From NCBI GenBank assembly GCA_013239625.1, contig MU054049.1, positions 445,015 through 509,014 of the forward strand: 64,000 nt of DNA. The letters run 5' to 3'. The position numbers and the translations under genes are program-made. The notes under the pieces were generated by a model. The model was not told the DNA's origin, made no database searches, and saw nothing but the letters and a program-made list of their open reading frames with translations. This DNA is from Lama guanicoe (taxonomy: Eukaryota). Shown here piece by piece: positions 12,701 through 24,700 of the stretch (within the stretch, counting starts at the first letter, position 1; the number at the start of each line of letters is the position of its first letter).

Positions 12701-15700
12701 CCAATTTCACATCATTATTACCTGAACCTGTTAGCTCATTCCAAAGTCAATTTCTCAAAGGCCCTCACTGAAGTGAACAGAGGAACAGTGAAAGAGAAAA
12801 CAGAATTGTTTTATGCACACATGTTCCCCCTCCACTCAACCCCATCACTGACTATGGTTACCTTACCTTCAACTTGATTTCAGAAAAATCTCTCTAAAGA
12901 GGTTAAAGGAGGGTTCCTTCTGGATATATGCCCAGGAGTGGGATTACTGGGTCATATGGTAAGTCTATTTCTAGTCTTTTGACACTATTTACAATAGCCA
13001 AGACATGGAAATAGCCTAAATGTCCATCAACAGATGACTGGATAAAGAAGATGTGGTATATTTATACAATGGAATACTACTCAGCCATAAAAAAACATAA
13101 TGCCATTTGCAGTAACATGGATGTCCCTGGAGAATGTCATTCTAAGTGAAGTAAGCCAGAAGGAGAAAGAAAAATACCATATGAGATTGCTCATATGTGG
13201 AATCTGAAAAAAAAGAAAAAGAAAAGAAAAGAAAAGAAAAGAAAAGAAAAGAAAAAGACAAATGAACATAAATACAAAATGGAAACAGACTCATAGACAT
13301 TAAATACAAATTTGTGGTTGCCGGGGGGAAGGTGGGTGTGAAGTGACAGACTGGGAGTTCAAAATTTGTAGATACTGACAGGTATATATAGAATGGATAA
13401 ACAAGATTATACTGTATAGCACAGGGAAATATATACAAGATCTTGTGGTAGCTCACGGTGAAAAACTATGTGACAATGAATATATGTATGTTCACGTATA
13501 ACTGAAAAATTGTGTTCTACACTGGAAAATTACACAACACTGTAAACTGACTCAATAAAATAAAATTTAAAAAATAAATAAATAAAGGGGTTGAAAAGCT
13601 CCAAATCACGATACACTAAGGAAATAAATGTTTTCCTAGCAGGAACCAAAATCACAGGGAAATGAAGAGAGGCAGCCCATCAGAAGGTATGCGATAATTC
13701 CCCTGTAAACTGATCGTAGGTTTGCTTTTTAAATGGATGCTATTAACAAGGCTAGGTTTCTGAACACCTTCCTCTCCCCGCCCACCTCATCATTTCTCAG
13801 ATTTTTGTCCTGGCTGGAACATGGAGCTTTGATCAGAAAGTGCATGAGCCTTTCATTCCAATGTCATCCACAAATACTTAACATACAAACATTCCGGCAG
13901 CTGATAAGAAAACCTCAGAAGGCTCGGGGGCAGCATTATGCCTGGTAATCATTTGGGGACAATGCATTTTTTTCCAGAAATGTGTTTCTTTCGATTGACT
14001 TCCATCACATCAGAAAACTGGCCACATGATGACCACCCCTGCTCGTTATCTTTTGAGAACCCAGAGGAGGCCTTCCTGGCTTCCCTTTGGAGTTGACGGT
14101 TCAAAAGCAGCAGAAAGTGACATGACAATAGTGACACTCAATTCTCTCTCGTCTCACCATCTGTTGCCAAGACACAGCTCGCGGGCCTTCCAGGCAAGAC
14201 CGTTGCCAAGGAAACAGCCGTGCATTCATCTCCCATTCTGTTATTAGCAGAAGGACACTGCTGTGCCGTCCTGGGCCCTCTTCTCTCCAAGACCAGCCTT
14301 GCAACCTAGAAGGATGGGTAGACAAACTCAGTTGACACCTCATGTGGCAGTCAGAAGGCTCTCCCATCACCCTGCCAATGCTTCTTAATTTTCTGAAACT
14401 TCCAGTGGCTGCTTCATCTGAATCTCAAATCAAAATCTCCAATCTAGACTATTTGTTGGGGTCCAGAGCTATATTTCCACCTGTCTGTTGGACAAATGCT
14501 CCTGGAAGTAACATGTGTACTTCTATTTCAGGGTATTCAGGGTCAAATTCAACTTCTTCCTCTCACTCATCCTCACTTCCCCCTCTTCATTCTGCCTAAA
14601 ACATCCCTCCTCTTGCATTTGCTCTCTCAGAACATGGACCCATCCTTCACCTAACCTCCCAGGGGCCACACACACGCAGTGGTCCAGCTCTCCCCCTCCT
14701 CTGCCCTCCAGATATCCCTCTGGCTTCTAAGACTTGCGTGTTCTCCATCAGAAACAACCCCCACAGTGCGCCCCTCCACTCCATTCCCTTTCCTGCCACC
14801 AATGGTCAGCTGGACCTGGGAAAGCTCCCTCTAATTTGGCTCCCTGGACCCTGTCTCCTCCGCCTGCAGTCTACTCCTCTCAAGGTTACCCGTGGATTGA
14901 TATAAGACACGAGTTGAACATGCAACACTCTTGATTGAAAGCCTCCAGTGTTACCCATCAACTAAAATCCAACCCCCCAGCACAGAATCCCAGGCCTATG
15001 TCCATCCAGCCTCCCCCTTTTCTTTCTGGTTCAGTTTCCCGTCTTTCTTCTCCACACACTGCATGTTACCCGGAGTGTGATTCAAGACCCACTGGCAAGA
15101 CATCACTTGGAAGATTTTGAGAAATGCCGAGCTTCCATTTAGAGGACCTGACCCTGGCAACATCCTTCTGTAGCAACTGTCATTCAGCCCCAAGCCTGTG
15201 ACCCCCGAGTAGTAATTCCTACCTGTCACCACCACCAGTAGGCTGGCCAAGTACCTTCTCTAAGCATGTCCATTAGCAAAGTTCTAAAGAACAGAGAATA
15301 CTAGTAAATTAGGACTCTGTTCTCAAAATACGTCAATCAAGGTTGTCAAGATAAGTAAGTCTCACCAAAAGCCAGAAGAATGCTTTGGAAAAGGAAGCAT
15401 AAAAAGGGGCCCTTCCACTTCTCTGTCAGCCAAAAGGGGCCCCGGGAGTCCTTTGTGTCTCTGCCAACTCCCCAGTTACCAAGGGGGAGACGTCCACTCT
15501 ATTGCTTAGGACATCAGGACACCGTGACAAGGAAAAGCTCCCACCCTCAAGCGGAGGATGGGACACAGCGTAGTGACATCCAGATGCTGCCTAGGCACCC
15601 CACAGAATAAGAGCCTAAGGGGTAAACACTCTTGGGGTCTTGAATTCCTCTCTCATGGTAACGAGAGGACCCCAGGCCCGTGTGGCCTGTAATCACACAG

Positions 15701-18700
15701 GGTGATGGGAATGGCACATCCTTGGTGGGAGGAGGGTGTCAGCACGTGCAAAGGCAGTTGGTGAGAAGCCCTGAGAGTGGACGGAGGCATTGGCCACTTA
15801 GAGCTGGAGCAGAGGGCGTGAGAGGGGAAGCCAGAGCCAGGCAGGAGAAGTCGCTTCTCGCCGGCAGCTCCGTTCAGCTGATGCCAGAATCTAGGCAAGT
15901 AACACCCAGGCTTTTCAAGGCTCTTTACGAGGTGTGAGCTTTCCTGCCTGGGAACATCTGCCCTCTTCCTCCTGTCACACCGCCACAGAAAAGGGTTGGG
16001 AACAGGAACATGTGAAAGGCAAAAAAAAAAAAACAAAAAAAAACAAGGTGGACAAAAAGAAAGTCTCATTTTGTTTCCTGCCCACCCCTCTTCCCACCCA
16101 GAGGCAACTGCAGCTGCTGACAGTGCCCAGGAAAGCTCTGGGAGGAAGGGAAGCTCCCCCATAATGGTGCACTCACCTGCCCGGAACCCTTGAGGCACTG
16201 CACAGCCTGCTTGTGGGTGAGGCCACACAGACTCACGCCATCCACCTGCAAGAGCCGGTCACCTGGGAGGGGGACAGACGTCATGTCCCCGAGCTCCTGA
16301 GGCTGCAGGAAGGACTCTTCTGGGAGGCCCCTGCCCCGCGCCCTTCCACGCAACCTCAAGGAGGAGCAGAAAGCTGAGCTTCGAGGAGCCCCACCAGGGC
16401 CCGAGTACCTGCCACCTGTCTGAACACCTCCACAGAGCAGTTGTCTGCAAAGCCCCCTAGTGCTGGTGCACAGAGTAGGCCGGCCAGCCCTCTGCAACCT
16501 TATCCTTTCTCCTCTCTTCCCGAGAAACTTTTTGCTAAGTTTTTTCAAGTCGCTTAGGCATCCCATTTATATCTCCAGGATATTTTTTATTTCCAAAAAG
16601 GTCAGAGCGACCCGATTAATGCCAGGGATTCTGGGATTCTAGGGGAAATGGCGATAGGTAAGAGCTTAGGTGCCCTTTTTAGCTCACTTCTGGCCATTCT
16701 GGAGAACAGTAAAAATCAGCCCCTTCCTTCAGAGCAGTGGGAAGGCTGGCTGGTGTCCCTCACTCCTGATACAAAAATAGGGGTCACAATGCTCGCTCTG
16801 TCCTCCAGGGGAAGCTCTGCTCCCAGGAAGGCCAAACAGCAACAAGCTTATTTAAAATCTCATAGTTTCAAATCACCTTATGTTTTGCAAGCATTTGAGC
16901 CTCACGCTAACATATTAAGTAGGTGAAATCATCTCCTCTTCCAGGTAAGGAATCCATGACCTGGAGAGGCAGTCATTTGCACAAGGTGTCAGAGTGGGAG
17001 TGGGACGGGCCTGCAGGCTGCACTCCCCACCCCCCACCCCCAGGCCAGGGCGCATCACACCACAGAATGCAGATCCCAGCAGGACTCCACCCCTCACCCT
17101 GCAGGATCCGCCCTTCCTTGGCAGCCGGCCCTCCGGGAACGATGGATTTCACATAGATACCTCCACAGGGCACGCTTGTGTTAATGCCACCCTGGAAAAC
17201 ACAATGAAAAACTTAACCACCCATCTGCCTCCTCCTGAAGGGGCCTCCCCAACCTCTCTGACTCAGAGAGCCCCCATCTGCCTGTCACTCTATCCCATCC
17301 CATCATCTCCACATGACACCATCTCATACAATCCACTTGTTTCTTTAAGCTATATTATCCGCTGAGCAGGAAGTTTAGATGCTCATAAGAAGTATAATTA
17401 TATGAGTTGTGTGAGGGAGCTGTGCCGTATCCAGCTCAGCACTGGCCCATGGCAGGTGCTCATGAACCAGAGTCACATCAATGCAGCACATCTTCTCCCC
17501 ATAAGCAGCAACCAGCAAAGACAGATGCAGCTCTGGGCCCACAGGTTGGTGCCTGGCATGCCCTGTATTGTGTGTGTTGCTTTGTGGATACAAAAGTAGA
17601 ATTCAACTACACAGTATTCTGCAACTTACTTTTTTTTTTTAACTTAACAATAGATCATGAATATCCCTATAGGTCACTAGGTAAAGATCTAATTCTATAT
17701 TTTTCTCTAATTTATCCATGTGTGTATATGCAAATATATATATAAAGATTTTACATTAGTGGGATTATATCATTCTTGTACAGTTTTTAATCCTCCCTCC
17801 TCCAGGGTCTGCCAGATGGAGCTCAGAAATCAAATGCAAAATGTCCGTCCTGAATGGAGGTCTTGCCAATCTGACTTTGTCCTGACCTTGGAAGTGGGAG
17901 TGCTAGGCTCCACCGTGACCCTGCTCTGGATGACCTGGAATTGCCCCACTCACCTTTGGCTTGTGTTCCTGAAGCATCACCCTGCTGTCCTTTCCTTGTT
18001 GTCTGGAATAACTTTAATTCCACCCACACTGCTTGGAGTGTCTACTCACCCCATGTTTGCCATTGGTCCCCCAGTTCCACTTAGAACTCCCATCCTACTT
18101 CCTATGAGCACCTAAACTTCAGAGGCTGGTATGAGAGTGGAATGGCCACCAAGGCTCCAATGAACCCCTTTTCAACTATTTACTTTCCAAGCTTTCCTAA
18201 GAACTCTTACAGTCACGCTGAATCCAAGTGTCCCATCTTCTTTAACCAGCTCCACGAAGTAGATTTCACTGGCATTGGTTTCTGAGGGTGATGAAGGACG
18301 AGAACCAGCATCCTGCCACAAACAAACAAAAAAAAGTAAGAAGGCCTGCAGGCACTTGCCTAAGCAGATGGTCCCTCTTAGCTCTCACCTGCTCTCAGGA
18401 GCCAGCAGCACTGCACACCAAAAACAACCGTAAGTTTCCGGGCTGAGCTAACAGGGGATTCACTCCCAGCATTGTCAGTTCCTCCTTATATGACCTTGGA
18501 CCAGTCTCTTGGTCTCTCCAGTCTTGTTTCCCAATCCATGGGACTGGAATGTGAGATCGCCCTTTAACAGTGACTATGAATGATGCTAGCACATAGCAGG
18601 GGCCCAGTAGGTTCCCTCCTGTTTCCACTCAAGATGCAAATATTATGAAAACTGAAGTCATCTGGACACTTCCTAGTAGCTTCACACATGACACCAATCA

Positions 18701-21700
18701 AGAGACGGCATGCTGGGTACCAGATACCCAGCAGCTTCTTGGGCAGAAGATAACCTTGGGAGGACCTGCAATCATCCTGAGCGAGAGCAGCCGCACTGGG
18801 TTTCCACAGTAGTTGAATGCTTGAGGGAAGGACAGAAGATCTGTCTCGTGCCAGGCATTTTGCTCAGTGCCGTGACATGTACGGTATGTTTATTCATCCA
18901 TCTGATCGTGTGACAACCATTCACTGAGCACCTACTACAGGCCAGGTATTGTGAAAGTTGGAGAGATGGCAGTGATAAGACAGACCTTCCCCTGTTGAAG
19001 TATTTCTAGTGGGGAAGGGACTTAATGAACTGTGCCAAGAAGAGCTGACCTGTCTCAACCTCATTTTTATGTCTTATGAGAGAGGTAATGATGCCTGTGC
19101 ATTGAGCTGTGGCGACAAGAGTGCTGAGGGTCTGGCTGGCAGCAGGACTCCATGAATGCTAGTTCCTTCCTGAGTGGCTCTGGTGCTCCCCCGGCCATGG
19201 TACATCCCATGAAGAGCTGGACGAGGAGTCAGCAAAAGAATAATACTTACAATGGACATTGACTGAGTGACTAACCACGCGCTACATCACACAAGCTGTG
19301 AGTGGGGCTGTGGCTGAGATGAAGGAAAACAGAAGGCTTTTCCCCGGGCAGAGCTAACCAGAAGCCGGAGGGCCAACTCAGCTGGTGAATGTCAGCTTCT
19401 CAGGGCCCAGAGGAGAAGGGAGAGAGGTCTGGAGGTGCAAAGAGAGACCTTTCCATCCAGTGTCTAAGGAAACACAGCTGGAGGGTGGTGGCCCTGGGAC
19501 TAATGTAGACAGCTCTCTGCATGCCAAAGCCAGCCTTCATCTTCTTCCTCCTTGATGTGTTGTCAAGGGCAAAGCCAATGAGCTGCCGCTTGAAGCCCAA
19601 CTAGAGACCAAGGACATGAAATGTCTGATTGTCCGTGTGTTGCCCTTGGCAACATCTGGTTATTACCAGTAACAGTTATAATTGGTGACTAAGGTCATGG
19701 GAAGCTCAGTCCACTGTAGGCATTTATTTCCATTTTGCAGATGAGACAGCTGATGGTTAGAGGGGTTAGGTACCCTCCCTCCACCTGACGGCAGAGAATG
19801 AGGAGGGACTTTGGAGCCAGGGCTGTTGGACTCCACAGTCTATTCTCTTTCCCCCAAATTCAAGCAAGAGGGCTATTACCTTGAGTGGCAGAGTGGACAG
19901 CCGAGGCCTCATCCCGGGCATCAATCTCTGAGTCCGAGCCATGCCTAGTTCTTCACTGACTCTCTCCTGGTCTTGTGTATGTGATGGCAAACCTCCTCGG
20001 TGCCCGTCGCTCAGGCTGTCTGTAGAGCAGACCCTGGAATTGGCCGTGCTCTTCTTCTCCTCGCTGGAGGTATTGCCACAAACACCTATACAACCAAGCC
20101 AGGAAGAAGTCAGCAGCTTGGAAAGGCTGGCATCTCGGTGGCATTTCTATGTGGGGCACAGCGTTTGCCTCCAATGAGAGAGATACCTTTTATAGTTGCT
20201 GGGGAGCATGTAAGGTTAGCACCTCATGAAAGGTGATGTGTTTAGAATAGAGGAAGGGAAGATTCTGGATGTGACTTTGAAATCTAAATAGAGCTTGTGT
20301 GACCTGGTTATGAAAACACAGGAGCAAGGGACAGCGAATAATGCCAGTTTCCCTTTATTAAGCTCTTGCCATGTGATGGGCACTACACACACACACGTAT
20401 ACACAAACACACACATACACACATCTATCTATTTTCATCTTTTCAAAATACCCACCGGGAAGTTGTGATCTCAATTCAAATATGAGAAACTAGAGTCGAA
20501 AGGATTAAGATCTTGCCCAAGATCCCACAGCCAGCATGTGGTGGTGCTCTTAAAGCCAGCCTCTTCCAGAGAGCCTGCGGAGCTCACCTGTAATCGTCAT
20601 GTGATCCAAAGACCAATATTTCGGGTCCTTTGTGGGGACATGGGACTAACCAGACAGTAGGCTCCCTTTGGATCAAGGCTGGGCCACTGAGTCCCACTTA
20701 CCCTGTGTCTGACCCGCGGGCTGACACAGATCAGAGGAAACAACATAAGGTCAAGAACCAATAGGTAAAGCCTCCGGCAAGATACTTAACATTTCTGGAC
20801 CTCAATTGCCTTATCTCTGAAATAGACATAATATTAACTACCTTGCAGGGCTGGTGAGGATTAGAGATTATATAGGGAGAGAAGTTTTTATATACAGAGA
20901 GAGAGAGAAAAAGATTACAGCTCCGTACATTGTACTGAGAGCCTCAGTAAATGTGTTTACTATTCTCATGTTAATATCAGCTATTCACCAAATGTATATG
21001 GGGAGAAAGAATACGGTTAGATTTTCTTTAGATCTGGACATATGAAAACACAAATAAGTTTATGACTTTTGATACAGACGCATTAGCACCCAGGAAAGTG
21101 CCCAAACACGGTGAATGAACTTCGTTGAATGAATTAGTTGTTAAGCCTAAAGGTATTCGGTAGAGAGCGGTGGGGCCACCGTTCAGTCAGGCCTTATCCC
21201 TGGCTGTTTTACTGACGGATTCTCCTGTCATTGTCCTCCTGGCAACGTGGGAAGCATCTGTTCATTTTGCCCCCCACAATCCGCAGGAGATGAGGATGGC
21301 ACTTATGACTGGGTTAAAATATCAAGGTGTGCAATTTATGTCCTGCCTAATGGAAATTCAAGCCGGGAGAACTTCCACAGGTAATTTACACTCACTCCGT
21401 CATAGACGGTGATGGCTGCTCAGAAAGGCAATGCTGTCTGTCTTGTCCCTGCTCTTCAACCTAGAGCACCTGCCCCAACAGCAGCCCAGCTGGAATAAAA
21501 CTCCAGGTGATCAAGCTTCTGCCCAAGGGGACCGGCCAGCATCACCATGGAAACATCGTCCTCCAACAAAGGTGGCAGCTGTGCCAAGGAACCCCAACTG
21601 TGACCAGGCAAAGTTACCAACAGGTGACAGGGGCCCCAGGGTGTGAGGGCATGTAATTCACAGGCACTGTGGGAACTCCATCATCTAAAATTCTAATGTC

Positions 21701-24700
21701 TGGGCTTCACAGACGTTGGGTGCCAATTTTGACAACCCTCCCATCCCAGCAGGCCATCCTTGATTCTAAATTGTTTCCACCTTGGCTGCATTATGTTTCC
21801 TGATCAAAAAAGGATGGTTCAATTGCTCCTTTTCATCTTTCCCCTGTGCAAAGTATGGAGGGAAGCGCAAGGAAAGCTAAAACACTGGGACAAACAGTGA
21901 CAATGCAGGAAATCCAGCAGTGCAGTGAGCCAGGGCTGGTGCTGTGGAAGTGCCGGGCAGGCCCCCGGGTCAGCTCCAACCACAGGATGGAAGGCGCCGG
22001 GCTGAGGCCCCAGCTCTGCCACTCCCCATCCCCCACAGCTGCTGGACCAGGGGCAGCTCCAACACCTGGGAGAGCCATCTGATGATGGCGTGCACACGTG
22101 CAAGAGTGAGAAAGTCTGCATGGTTTTCAAAGGGCAAGGCAAATGGGGTGCCCACATTTGGGACCCAGAAGATGCTGGCTGATGTAACGTGAAGCATGTC
22201 TGTACATGAGGGGAAATTGTCCAAAGCTCCTGGAATGTAAGCTTGGCTTTGTAGACAGTCTGCTGTTAAACTGCAGGATCACCCAACCAAGAAGCAGTCA
22301 TGGACCAGGTAACAGGGAGGGAAAGGGGTGTTCACATCCCCCTATTACCTCCATCAATCCCCCCAAACCTGTCCACAAATAAACGGAGTAATATTATTCT
22401 TTGTTATAAGCAATTATTGCTCTCATATAGTTATCTAATGGATGAATGAAAGCATCTTTTTAAAAAAAAATTTACTTTTTTGATTGATCCCTAACATGCC
22501 AAGTCTTAACCAAGTAAGAGCAGCATGCTTGTTACGTGAATTCAGCTTCAAGAACACCTCCCCTGTCTCCTTCCCACCTGAGCAATGGTAGAGCCCATTC
22601 TGCCCCTGAAATTGCAGAATTTGTTGATTTGAGCCAAAGCCATTAATTACGAGGAAGACCTATGTGGACTGAAAGCCCCAGCACCTGGTGGGAAAAATGG
22701 ACTCGTGAAAATAAAGGAGGCTCCCTGGCTTCAGAAAGCAGGTTAAGACATACCTCTTGACTGAGAAATGATTAATTCTACGTTGTCAGGGGAATTCTGA
22801 ATCATTCTAACAGCCATGTCGAACGTGAAGCCCTCCAGACTGATGTGATTCAGGGCTAGTATCTGCCCTCCTGGAAAAATGAGACACCTCAATTATCCCA
22901 TCAAGGAAATGAGAAAGAGCAGGTCCTTAAAGCAGCATCTCTGGCAGTTTAAAAAGACATACCCGGTTTGATCTTTTTAGCTTTTTCAGCTGGTCCCCCA
23001 GGTATAATAGAAGATATAAAGATGCCAGGAACAACTTTGCCTACATCTTCTCCCTCATGAATGACAAAACCTGTAATCCAATGATATTAAATAAGATGAT
23101 ACTTAATGCTTTTGCAGCTCAGAGAGGTTAGGTTATCGGCTTGAGATCACACAGCTACCAAGTAGCATGGCTGATATCTGCACCTAGTTCCTCTGATCCT
23201 CAAACAGCTCTTTCTACTCTGCCATGACACGTGGAGAAAAGTGGATTGTCCCCTGTCTGCAAGTACAGCTAAAGCAAGGAACACAGCCCATCAGTGTGCA
23301 TGGACTTTGCTCCAATACATGATCAGAGAGAGGAAACAGATGATCCTTAATCAAGTAACTTCTCTCAGTGCCTTGTTTCTTATGCGGTTCTTAAGGGTCT
23401 TCAAATGTGGTAAATACTAAGACGTGCAGAAGACTCACTATTCTTCCCCGTCATTAATTATCTAAATATATGAGAGAAAGCTTATTACGTGGTATCGGGG
23501 GAAAAAAATCTTTTTCTATCTTGTACTTAGATTTTCCAGATCTGCACCCCAAAACCTCATCAGGCCTAAAAGGAAAACTTTGACCCCAAAGTCCCATTGC
23601 TTGTTAGGGATATTTAGAGAAAATAAAAAGACGTGATCACCAAAAAGGACAGGTAGGAAGGAGAAGAGAAAAGTCTAAAGGAAGATGGGACATATCACCC
23701 TTCCGCCCAGAGGGAGAAACTGGGTCCCCTCTGCCAGTCCCCTCTGGAGGCCCTCTTACCAAAACCATGGCGTGGATCCCGGTTCAATGTCACGTGCACA
23801 ATTTCTCGGTCTGGTTCGGCTGTAAAGCTCCTCTTGTTATTTTGGGGCCCTAGAGGTGGAAACAAAGCCCCACACTGTGCTTTTCTCCAAAATTATCTGA
23901 GGCTTAATACAAAAGGTGTGAACGGTGTTTCATGCACACACACATAATACTGGGCAGGGATTGCTGAACACATACTTCAGATGCACCTCACTGGGTCAGT
24001 GTCAGCTCATCAGGAGCAGAGGCTAAGGTGGGGTGGGCCATGGCGCCTGCTCTGGACGACTTACTGTAGCTGTTTGTTTTCTGCACTGGCCTTGGGACAA
24101 GACAGAATTCGAACAGGGATGTCCTTGCTGGCAGTGAAAACTGAAAGTATAGTTGCAGCACAGAGAGGAGAGAGCAAAGTCTTGCCCTCTTGGACCTCTA
24201 ACAATCAGTTCAGGAACCCGGTGGCTTCTCCCAGCCCGGGTCTTGGAAGGAACCCAACGCAGAGCCTTGATGGACACTCCAATGCTGACCACATAGCATG
24301 TGAAAAAAACTCCAAATGCTGACCCACCACCCAGCACTTTCCACATCTCTCCCTCCCCCAAGGGACCATGGTGGAACCTGGCACGCAGTTCATGGAAAGA
24401 GACCCCCAGTGGTATTCCAAATCCAATCCCCAGGCTCAACGCTCATCAAATACAAAGATCTTCTCTAGTTCAGGAATCGCTTTGTCTCAATGTCCCACTA
24501 GGGACCTGCCTGGAGGATGTACGACACAGGGGAATGCTGCCTGCCCTGTCTGTTTTCTGGTGGTTAGTGGGAGATGATATTCTGGGCCTGCGTGAAGAGT
24601 TGTAAAGAAAATGAATGATGTGTTTTTCCAACCACACTCCTCCATGGCAGGAATTCCTCACGCTGGACCAGAGTGTGGGAATCCTCTTGCCAGCACCAAC

